A DNA stretch of 64,000 nt, taken from NCBI GenBank assembly GCA_047528275.1, contig CP180023.1, positions 11,589 to 75,588 of the forward strand, in the 5' to 3' direction. The translations under genes and the position numbers were made by a program. How positions within the stretch are numbered: position 1 is the first letter of the stretch; each line of letters opens with the position of its first letter. The stretch is from Flavobacteriales bacterium AspAUS03 (lineage in GTDB: Bacteria > Bacteroidota > Bacteroidia > Flavobacteriales > Blattabacteriaceae). The notes below the pieces were generated by a model, which saw only the letters and a list, made by a program, of their open reading frames with translations, made no database searches and had not been told where the DNA came from. Of this stretch, positions 1 through 9,368 are shown in pieces.

Positions 1-51
1 AAAAAATATCCCTCATAGGGGTTTATATCAATAACTAAAATCTCTATCACC

Positions 52-363
52 ATGACAACGAAACATCTCCTTCTAGCCTGACTATTACTGATCTCCTACA
101 TTAGTCAGGCACAAGACATCCTGTTTGTAAAATTCCCAGAGATCTATAGAAAATCCATCAAAGAAAGTGAAATTAAAAGTATGTGGTACATGGATCGATA
201 TGCTGGAGAAATGCGGTATCGCCTATTGACCATCATCGTAATGGGACAAGAAATTTACCATCTCAATAAAAATCGAGAAAATCTTCAATACATAGACATA
301 TTTTGGATCTGGTATCCCGATACAAGGAAAATTACACCAATTAAAGATCTAAGCCAGCGATAA
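52..363 (+). pseudogene. Small secreted protein of unknown family, interrupted by an in-frame TGA at 79-81
   Basis: The ATG at 52 opens MTTKHLLLA*LLLISYISQAQD..., a signal-peptide-like N-terminus. It is in the same frame as the 181..363 ORF. The stop sits inside the hydrophobic core where TGG (Trp) would fit. Confidence 0.4.
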
Positions 364-746
364 TGCCTTCTCTAAGGTATCCTTCGATGACCTGTTCAAC
401 GTACGCCAATTCAACTTCAGAGATTTATAAAGAAAGCAATCTCTACGACAATCAAGCCAGCGAAGACTACATCCCCGAAGACGCCCAAGGACAAATAAAC
501 GAGAGTAAACATATCAAAGAAAAAAATCAGGCAAAAAGAAGAGGATATATAGAAGCCTTTTATAATTCCATATCAGATGGGCTATTGAAAAGCCCTTTAC
601 GCCCCATGAAAATGCTCCCTTACTCACTCATCTCCTGGGTCAAAATGGGGCCAAAAAACATCCACATTGAGGAGATAACACCTCCCACCACCCAAGAGTT
701 TATATCCTTCTGCTTAAATTTGATCCTTCATCCAATCCCCCTATGA
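363..746 (+). CDS. Hypothetical protein, possibly another fragment of the decayed upstream gene
   Basis: A 127-aa ORF with no recognisable motif. It overlaps the dnaG start by 4 nt (ATGA). Confidence 0.25.
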   Translation: MPSLRYPSMTCSTYANSTSEIYKESNLYDNQASEDYIPEDAQGQINESKHIKEKNQAKRRGYIEAFYNSISDGLLKSPLRPMKMLPYSLISWVKMGPKNIHIEEITPPTTQEFISFCLNLILHPIPL

Positions 747-2674
747 TTTCAAGAGAAACCATCGATCAAATATTCAACAATGCCCGAGTAGAGGAGGTCA
801 TAGGAGACTTCATGCAATTGAAAAAAAGTGGGAGCAATTACAAAGGGCTTAGCCCATTCTCCAACGAGCGTACGCCCTCCCTCATGGTCTCCCCAGCCAA
901 ACAGATCTGGAAAGACTTCAGTTCAGGAAAAGGGGGTAATGTCGTTAGTTTCCTCATCGAACACGAACACTTCACCTATCCAGAGGCGCTGCGTTGGCTA
1001 GCCAAGAAATATCACATCAAAATCCAAGAAGACCACAAACCATCTGAAGAGGAATCCAAAGCCGCCAACAAAAAAGAAACCATCTACATCGTTCAGGACT
1101 TTGCCAAACGTTTTTTTATCGAGCAATTGCAAGAGAGCGAAGAAGGCCGTACTACCGGACTGAGCTACTTCAAAGAGCGAGGTTTTAGAGATGAAACGAT
1201 CGGAAAGTTTGAGTTAGGCTATGCCCCCGAAGTTTGGAATACACTGACCAACGTCGCCCTAAAAAAAGGCTTTAAGATCGATTATTTAGAAAAATCTGGC
1301 TTGACCATTATCAAAGAAGGGAAACAATCGGACCGTTTCCGCGGACGTGTAATCTTCCCCATACACAGCTTCTCAGGCCGTGTACTCGGATTTGGTGGTC
1401 GGACACTCAAGACAGTACCCAATGTAGCCAAATATCTCAATTCACCCGAAAGCGATATTTATCACAAGAGCCAAATTCTCTACGGTCTTTATCAAGCCAA
1501 GCAGGCCATATTGAAAGAAAATCTCTGCTATCTGGTTGAAGGATATACCGATGTGATCTCCCTATACCAAGCTGGGGTACAAAATGTCGTAGCATCCTCC
1601 GGAACAGCACTTACCCCTGACCAAATCCGCCTGATCAAACGACTCACACCTAACGTCACCCTACTCTACGACGGAGATGCTTCCGGTATCAAAGCCTCAT
1701 TGCGCAACATCGATCTAATCCTCGAACAGGAGATGAACGTACGCATCTTACTCTTCCCCGACGGCGAAGATCCTGACTCTTTTGCACGAAGATATCCTTC
1801 AATCGAACTGATCGCATTCATACGAGGCAATAGCCAAGACTTTATCCACTTCAAGACACAACTGCTACTAGAAGATGCACAAAACGACCCGATCAAAAAG
1901 GCAAGAGTCATCCGTAATATCATCGAAAGTATTGCTAAGATCCCCAGCAGCATTCGTCGAGAGGTCTATGTGCAAGAGACCGCTAGAGTGTTACAGATTA
2001 GTGAGCGTGTCCTTTTCAACGAATTGGACCACATTAATAGGAAAACTCACGAAGAGGCCAGGAAAAAAAATAAAAGAAAAGTCGAACGGAAGATCCTCGA
2101 ACCCGTCCTGGATATAACGAAAACGATAGACCCATTGCTCATCGTCGAAGAGGAACTCATCCAACTCATCTTAGCATATGGCGACACAACAGTGCGCCTA
2201 GAAGATACCATCTCTCCTATCAAAAAGACCTATGAAACCACCATCATCGAAGAAATCTTACACCAATTTGAAGTAGACCACTTGAGCTTTTCACTGGATT
2301 TCTATCAAAAAATCTTCGATCAGGTGCGAGAAGGCTTTCAACAAGGTGAACTCCGATCTAGAACATTTTTTATAAAATTGTTTGATGAGAAGATCAACCA
2401 AACGCTCTCTTCACTACTGACTGAACGCTATCAATTGGCACAGTGGGATAAGAAAAACATCCACGTCACCCCAAAAGAACAAAAATTGGACGAACATCTC
2501 ACCGAGGCTTTACTACGCTACAAATCTCATTATCTCTCTAAGTTGATCCAAGACACCATGGAAAATCTTAAAGGACAAAACCCCATGGAAAATAACGTCA
2601 AAACTCGGGGAAAGATCATGCGATTAACCGAACTAAAAAACCAGATCAATAAAAAACTCCATCGTTATGTCTGA
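743..2674 (+). CDS. dnaG: DNA primase DnaG
   Basis: A 643-aa ORF. The N-terminal primase zinc-binding-domain region reads KGLSPFSNERTPSLMVSPAKQIWKDFSSGKGGN. Toprim motifs are present (EGYTDVISLYQAG and LLYDGDASGIKA). Confidence 0.95.
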   Translation: MISRETIDQIFNNARVEEVIGDFMQLKKSGSNYKGLSPFSNERTPSLMVSPAKQIWKDFSSGKGGNVVSFLIEHEHFTYPEALRWLAKKYHIKIQEDHKPSEEESKAANKKETIYIVQDFAKRFFIEQLQESEEGRTTGLSYFKERGFRDETIGKFELGYAPEVWNTLTNVALKKGFKIDYLEKSGLTIIKEGKQSDRFRGRVIFPIHSFSGRVLGFGGRTLKTVPNVAKYLNSPESDIYHKSQILYGLYQAKQAILKENLCYLVEGYTDVISLYQAGVQNVVASSGTALTPDQIRLIKRLTPNVTLLYDGDASGIKASLRNIDLILEQEMNVRILLFPDGEDPDSFARRYPSIELIAFIRGNSQDFIHFKTQLLLEDAQNDPIKKARVIRNIIESIAKIPSSIRREVYVQETARVLQISERVLFNELDHINRKTHEEARKKNKRKVERKILEPVLDITKTIDPLLIVEEELIQLILAYGDTTVRLEDTISPIKKTYETTIIEEILHQFEVDHLSFSLDFYQKIFDQVREGFQQGELRSRTFFIKLFDEKINQTLSSLLTERYQLAQWDKKNIHVTPKEQKLDEHLTEALLRYKSHYLSKLIQDTMENLKGQNPMENNVKTRGKIMRLTELKNQINKKLHRYV

Positions 2675-2706
2675 GGGATCCATAGACTCAGACATCACTT
2701 TACACC

Positions 2707-3795
2707 TTAAGGATCAAACACTCGGAGGATTTCTACCGTTCGACCGATAAATCGACTGTAATGAAGCATCTTCTCATCTAAAGCTCCATCCTGGACCTTA
2801 TCCAACGGAACAAATGAACGGATCTCCATAATAGATTTATCTTTTTGCACTGTACACTTCCACATACTGACGATCTTATCGTCGATCAAAATCGAAGGAT
2901 TGAATAATCCATGACTGAAATTGATTTTCTTATCATAGTCAGGCGCAAGAAAAGTTATCCTTATAGCCCAATAGATATTCATTAAAAAAAGACGATAGAT
3001 AGATTTTCATCCAAACGGTTTTCCGATAAAAAGCCTCTTAAGGTATTCAATAGATCTATCCCTAATGAGACTTACCTATACAAACGATCTCCCACCAATG
3101 CAATACCCCGTTGCGCTCCAAGACCAGAAGCCACACGACCACAACACATAATCCTGTAAGCCCCGCTGGCCAGTGACTTGTAAAATAACGCAAGGTCAAC
3201 TCAAAAAAGGCCTCATCTCGCTCCTTTTACTCAATCTTCTGGACCCATTCATAAAACAACATATAGGTATTCTTCTTGTCACGAAAAGGCCTTAAGCAAA
3301 TCTGCTACTCTAAAACTTCCCTGTGAAAAATCGTATAAATCCGATTACACCTCATATGGATGTCTACCGCCTCCAAAGCATCGGACAATTTCTTACGTAA
3401 AAACTAACACTCTCCCTGCAAAGACGCCTCAATGAAGGGAAAAAAAATTAGAAAGGACCGATTGATCCAATCCCATCTTCGGATAGTTCAAAGAAAAACG
3501 GAAAATTACACTTGGAACGATCAAAGAAAGCACCCAGCAGATATCTACCTTATGAAGCAAATGAAGTGTACTCCTGAATGCCCAGGTACGTATGACAATC
3601 TCATTACCCACGGACTTCTAACCGCTAGACCATCAATATCTGGCAAGACGCATCCCTTCTACAACCTCACTCCAGGATATTCCTAGCCCCCTGTACCACA
3701 CCGAGATGAGATACCACTGTACCGACATCTTTCATACGGCTTCCTTCAAACCCATGATGACGCAACCTTCTCTCAACGATATTTCTATTGTCCAT
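2707..3795 (-). pseudogene. AlkZ/YcaQ-like winged-helix DNA glycosylase, fragmented
   Basis: The fragments lie in different frames. The N-terminus by hand translation is MDNRNIVERRLRHHGFEGS..VVSHLGVVQ. The middle fragment (3429..3611) contains IRTWAFRSTLHLL. The C-terminal fragment (2707..2982) contains PSILIDDKIVSMWKCTVQKDK. Order and spacing fit a protein of about 360 aa. Confidence 0.55.
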
Positions 3796-5217
3796 AGCAA
3801 AATATGAAGGCTTATCCACACACAAAGAGTAAAAAAAAACAGAAACGGCAAGTCTACACAGAAATTTATTCGGAATTATTCAAAATTCATAGAATTTTTT
3901 TATGTGGATTAATTTATGTAAATTGACACTATGTGTTTCCAAACAGTCGTAATGAAGCAGTTTTTACCCGATTTATTATTACATGACCTTTTTGCATCTT
4001 TACCCAAGAGCAGCACCTCTCTGGGGAAGGTCACTGATGAGTAAGACAAACCTTTGGAAGGGGCTTATATAGCCCTTACATAAAGCCGCTACTGAAGAAC
4101 CAACCCTGGTAAAAAACACACAGACCGAAAGTATAGGATATTTTAAACTCTAAGCACCTACAGTGGACTATGTGCTACAACTTCGCTTATTCCAAGAAAA
4201 AAAACGAGCAATTTTTATCATTGGAAAAAGATAGAGAACTCGGTACAATCCACCTCAAAACCATAGCCTTAGAATAGGTTAGCGTAGTGGGAAAGAAAAA
4301 ACAAATCTTCAAAATAAAAACCAACCACCTAATGTACAATATTCTCGAGATCCCTGCCAACCAGGGACAGAACACTTGGGAAGCTTTATCGGTTATACCG
4401 GATGTAGCGGAAAACAACGCCAAATTCAGCATCTCGATCATAGGCAAAAACACCGTGACTATCTACATCAAGGACTAAATCCTGCACATGGAAGGCGAGT
4501 AAGTCAAAACCTATCTAAGCTCTCTACCCATCACACATATCAAAAAGATCAATTTTATCCATCAATTCTACAGCCCGATACAGGGCTGAAGTCAACTTAT
4601 GCATACTTCTCATCATAATCAAAGCCACCTGTCGACCCGGCTAGTACAGTAATCTGCAAATTTTTTATGAGTAAATCACTCACGGTAGAGGTATAAACGG
4701 GATCATACTTAACTATAAAAACTCCTATTGAGAGATATTTTCTACACAAAATGAGCTAGTAAATCATAATAAAATCAATAGATGCAATTCTTTGAACACC
4801 GCTCTGAAGAGAGATGGTTGAGAAAATAGATCTATCACCTACGTCTACCGATTGAACGCTGCATACAAGATCAACGCCAATCATGGCTAGGAATCAGATA
4901 CAAAAGAAATCTTTTGTTGTCGATAACCAAGATCGTTTATACACCCCCGGGAGGAAGGATTGGATAAAACCTGTTTTATAGATTTCCTCTCAAAGACTCA
5001 TCTTTAGAAAAATCTTTGGAACCTCTATTAGGATAGGAAGATCGATAAGTATCAAAAATTCAATGTCAATATAAACTTCCTTTCTAGCAGTAGACAAAGA
5101 GTAGAAATCTTAGATAATTGATTTATAGATAGAACTAGATCTGAATTCAATCGCAAGAAGAATAAAAACACCGAAAAGCAAAACATTGATTTACAATCCA
5201 TCAGCACAGATTACACA

Positions 5218-5960
5218 TTAGAAGCCAAATTTACCCGCACCGCCCGATAAAGCAATTTCCAATACACTATAAATAAATAAATCGATCCCTCTAAAAGCAA
5301 TATCTTCTATTACAACGAAAATATCGGGGCTCTCTACCTCAACTCCAACAAAAAGCTGGAAAACAGGGAGTTTTAGTTCGGACTTAGAGGTGATTTTACC
5401 CTGGTAAACACCTAGTCTAGAGAGATAAATCAAAAGATCCAGTATGACTATTTCCCGCTCTTCCCTACGGTTTATATCACCTATACGTTCTTTAAAAGGA
5501 ATCATTTTTTCTCAACTATGGACGGAGGATTCAACATCCATTTTATAATAACCTAAATCCATTCCGTTGGAATATCTATCCAAAATACTATTTTGTAAGC
5601 AATCCAGATCTCAGAGCAGCCTTTATCCAAAATCTTGAGTTAAATTATTTTTATAACCGATGGTTAGCCCATAAGCCTATATTACAAACTAACCACTAGC
5701 ACTATCCATAAATCTTTACATAGATGATACCAAAGAAAAGTCCTTCATCCTATCTCAAAACATCGATACAAACACATCCTATGAACTGAATATCTATACC
5801 AACTTCAAGATCCTCAAATTTTAGGAAGTCAATGCCCAAGCCTCAGTTTATCAAACACAATTCAAAGCCCAATATTGCAAGAAAAAAGTTGACTAAAGGC
5901 AATGGAGTAGAAATTTTCGAATCAAAAATAGTTGGATGCTCAATACCCAAAATAGCCTCT
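5218..5960 (-). pseudogene. Outer-membrane beta-barrel (porin-like) protein remnant
   Basis: The 95-aa terminal fragment has alternating hydrophobic residues and ends in ...LSGGAGKFGF with a terminal Phe, typical of OMP barrels. The upstream reading frame is broken by stops. Confidence 0.3.
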
Positions 5961-6416
5961 TCTTTGGATTGAATTTTTACTATCGATTTCCTGTAGTATT
6001 AGGTTTTATTACTTTAGAATGATAAAAAAAAATATAGTATTAATTTTCAAGTAGATACTTTATAATAATAATCCAGATCCTACGACCTTTTGAAGAGCGT
6101 ATGATCCATAGGAAAAGACCCTTATACCAGGACACAATACAACTACTAATATAACTACGGAAGTTTGGTAATCACAATAATCTACAGATTTTGGAGCGAC
6201 AAAAACAAATTGAAGTAAAGGGTCTCCAAAATCAAAGCAGAAGAAGACAAAGAGTGATAAAAAACTTTCTCTTAAAAGGGTTCAATAAGGGTACAACAAC
6301 CGAAAACTTTTGTCTATTTGTCCAATTTAAATCTTATCACCATGCAAAACAATAGTTTTTAAAAAAAAATACTAAATGATCTCAATAAAAAACTAATTCC
6401 AACTCCTGAGCATATA

Positions 6417-6539
6417 ATGCGGTTGTCTGATAAAAAAATAAATATTATCAAAGGAAGAGAAAGGAAAGATAAGCTAGAGTTAAACGACTGTAATGGTTAT
6501 TGTATTGGTTTTTTCAACTTGATTCTATTTAGGTATTAA
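6417..6539 (+). CDS. Candidate GG-leader-type RiPP precursor peptide (40 aa), probably defunct
   Basis: Hand translation gives MRLSDKKINIIKGRERKDKLELNDCNGYCIGFFNLILFRY. LSDKKINIIKG-R resembles the LSxxEMKxIKGG leader of Bacteroidota rSAM-modified peptides, with the second Gly changed to Arg (GGA to AGA). An upstream in-frame ATG at 6342 (MQNNSF*KKILNDLNKK...) is cut by a TAA. A radical-SAM/SPASM gene remnant lies directly downstream. Confidence 0.35.
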   Translation: MRLSDKKINIIKGRERKDKLELNDCNGYCIGFFNLILFRY

Positions 6540-6607
6540 AAATAAGAACTCTCTTCATGGAAGGGGTTTTTTAAACCCTAAAAAAAAACAAACCATCTGA
6601 TTATATT

Positions 6608-7942
6608 ATGGTTACAGAAGTGCTTGATAAGGAAATAATTCAAAACCCTTTAAGAATCCTATTTTCCATCCGAACAGGAGAATCAATTCCGGTCAAAGAG
6701 ATCCTTTATCAAAGGTTGTATATCTATGAATTTTTTTCAGATAGAACCATGATATCTTATCTCCTGATTGGGTTATAAATCATTGTAAATGAACAGGAAT
6801 ACGGATTTCAAAAGATCATCCAACGAAAACTCGTCCAACTGAAAGATACAAAAAGCTTAAGCGTAGTCATACAACCTAACGCTAACTATCAGCTGGGTTA
6901 TCACTATTGCGGGCAAGGTGCACGTCAAAAGAACTGCAGACCGATGCTCTCACCCAAAAAATGGCTGACGGGATAACACACAAGTTGGAGAAAGATGAGA
7001 AACACAAAACTCTATCTGTCCAATTATATGGGAACAAACCATTGATAGCCTTCTCATCGAACTTAGAGATCAGCCAGAAACTCATCGCCTACTGTAATAG
7101 TGATCAGATCCAATACAACGCAGATATGATCATCAAAAGTCTAATTTTCAGTCCCAAAATATTTGAGTAATTCACCCAAAATAAAATCACTGGCTATCAG
7201 ATCACCATCAATGGGCAGGGGTAGAGTCACGACCAAAAACGGATCACTAAGAATAAGGAAAAAAAATTTAATATCATCTTCAAAAACATCCTCGATGTCA
7301 ATCAGACCCAAACCTACACAGAACAGCAATATCACACATCGTACGGATCAATATTGAAAAAGAGAATGTAGAAGAGATATACCACAATTGGTAGACCTGC
7401 TGACTGAAGACGAGATATACAAAAAGTCTATGGAAATCGATTTTCGATATGTGGTGAACTGGGGTTGATAAAAAAGGCAGAGAAAACAGCATAAGCCGTG
7501 ACAAGTATACCTAGAAAAGGTACATTGATAGCTCTACGCAATGCAAAAAGAATTCAAACTGCATAAGGTGCTTCCAGGTAGATCATCTGCTCCCTGTATA
7601 GTAGTCAATCCGGATGCCGAGTTCTACGATGCTTTTGGTAACATCTACCACTGTTATGAGTTTCCCTATATACCCAAGTATGAAAAGCCAGCGTACAAGA
7701 TTGGGCATTTGGACAAGGACGAAAATACTTACAATCCAAAATCCATCATCAGGGCTTGGTTTGAAAACATTCAAATCCATATCTTCGATTGCCCAAAATG
7801 CCATCTATATTTCCGTATGCAGAGAGGCTTTCCCATTCTTCAAATTCAATATAGAAAACCATCTGGTCTTGGATTATCTGATGAGCAAGAAGTACTATAT
7901 AAATCAATATATAAAATACAAAAAAAACTGATCATCAACTAA
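6608..7942 (+). pseudogene. Radical SAM / SPASM-domain peptide maturase, multiply frameshifted
   Basis: Fragments lie in three or more frames. They include MVTEVLDKEIIQNP... (from 6608), a degenerate Cys-motif region NYQLGYHYCGQ, TLSVQLYGNKPLIAF (the GGEPL-like region), and YQITINGQG. An intact-looking SPASM tail (7541..7942) reads PCIVVNPDAEFYDAFGNIYHCYEF...CPKCHLYFRMQRGFP, where the CxxCxxxxxCxGGCP motif has decayed. Confidence 0.6.
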
Positions 7943-9029
7943 TATTATAAAATAAATCACTGAAATCACAACCAAGCTCGATCAGCTGTTGAAGTATGTC
8001 CTCGAATAGTCTAAAAGGTTTTAGAGAGAACGTATCTTTCATATCATCACGACCTATTGCAGCAAAGAGGTAGCCCTACCAGAACACCTCGATATGATCT
8101 TTCACTTCCGGTTCTATCAGAAGTACCTGACTTATATGAAATAGCACAATCGGACCAACGTAGATCAGTGGCTGTGTCCCATATCAAAAAAAAACTGCAA
8201 TTGAAAAGTCAAGCAGTCTTGTTAGGAATGGCAGTACTCTACTATCGATATTAACCTACAAAGACTATCTAGAGAAAGACTACGATCAAGCTGCCGAAAA
8301 TATTGAGCAGAGCCTCCAAGAGTTCAACAATCTGATAGAGTACGGTTTTGAGTAAGTCATCTTAGCCAAGATGAAGAAAAATCTCAATCACATGAAAATA
8401 TACATCACCCGAGGTAGAAGGATCCGTCCATCGATCTAACCTTCGAGATCCTGAGATTTATCCACATAGGCGAAGCAAACGCTACCTTCCAAAAAATCCG
8501 TCTAGAGCAATTGCTCGAAGGGCAGGAAGAAGTATGGTACTCCAATACTGATCCATTATACCGAGGCAATCCTGATTAAATTCTTAACTTACTTCCAAAA
8601 AAGAGGCAGGATTGGAAAATCTATTATGGTATACCCTCTTCGAAAAATCTCTTCAAAAATCGACTGATCAACTCAAGGACCATTAGGTACTTTTCTGTAT
8701 TGTCATTGCAACGATCCGGAATCCGCCACTATATTATTTCTAAATCTATCCTATATCTTCCACTAATCGTATTTTTTACTGTAATATCTCGTCATGTAAG
8801 GGATTAAAAAGATATTCGACCTATTTGATTCATCCAATAATCCTACGCTTGACATGCTAATATAGGTAGGCCTTTTCCGAAAATAGAAAAATCCAATGTT
8901 TGATAATCCTGCCAATCAATATGGCTTCATCCTAAAAATTCAAGTCTAGACTTAATCGCCTTCTACCGCTTACTATGAGACGAAACTACTCCTGCAAATT
9001 TCCCTTTACAAAAGCCATCAAAAAATCCA

Positions 9030-9354
9030 TATATCATTTTGTACACTGAAATCCAAACTGATCAAAACCATACCATTTTCAGATCATGAAGTAGTCAAGA
9101 CCAGGCACTCCGACCAAATGTCCACAATACACTTAGGTAAGAAATTCAATACAGCCAAGACCTGCTTACCCATCAAATCTTCACAGCGATAATTTGACAC
9201 GATTTGAGTAGAACTTGTCTTAATGGGAAACGAACCAAATTCGATTTCTAGAACATAAGCTACCTTGACATCCTTTCCATTGGCTCAGCGCAAATAATCG
9301 TTCTCAAATGGATTTGCACTTTCAAAAATCAGAAAAATCGATCTTCAGGTCCAT
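9030..9354 (-). pseudogene. CsaA/YgjH-like tRNA-binding domain protein, with in-frame stops
   Basis: Hand translation gives MDLKIDFSDF*..., then NDYLR*ANGKDVKVAYVLEIEFGSFPIKTSSTQIVSNYRCEDLMGKQVLAVLNFLPKCIVDIWSECLVL. This matches the OB-fold tRNA-binding family pattern (vvaVvNfxPkkixgxxSevLvL). Confidence 0.55.
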
Positions 9355-9368
9355 AATGATATAAAATT

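Noticed and set aside
79-81. I considered whether UGA is reassigned to Trp (genetic code 4), which would explain the in-frame TGA in a signal peptide.
   Set aside because: Well-supported genes terminate with TGA at the expected length: dnaG at 2672-2674, the polyprenyl synthase at 13682-13684, and actD at 30895-30897. The long intact genes contain no internal TGA. The standard code 11 fits, so the TGA is a disabling mutation.
3812-3911. A perfect DnaA box TTATCCACA lies at 3812-3820, an inverted near-perfect box TGTGGATTA at 3903-3911, and another perfect box at 8458-8466. I considered whether this is oriC.
   Set aside because: Only two perfect 9-mers occur in 64 kb, where roughly 0.5 to 1 is expected by chance. 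They are not clustered, there is no adjacent dnaA or dnaN, and there is no AT-rich unwinding element with repeated boxes. The evidence is insufficient to call an origin.
4034-4041. A CUGAUGAG hammerhead-ribozyme-like core lies in a relatively GC-rich noncoding stretch (3960-4180). I also considered generic riboswitch or ncRNA candidates there.
   Set aside because: There is no matching GAAA box, no stem II or stem III pairing, and no cleavage-site context. I could not fold any known RNA family (RNase P, tmRNA, SRP, 6S, TPP or cobalamin) onto it.
8590-8650. A possible Walker-A remnant (RGRIGKSI) suggested a decayed ABC exporter downstream of the RiPP relic.
   Set aside because: It is a single short motif with no supporting Q-loop, signature or Walker B remnants that I could read. 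It is too weak to call.
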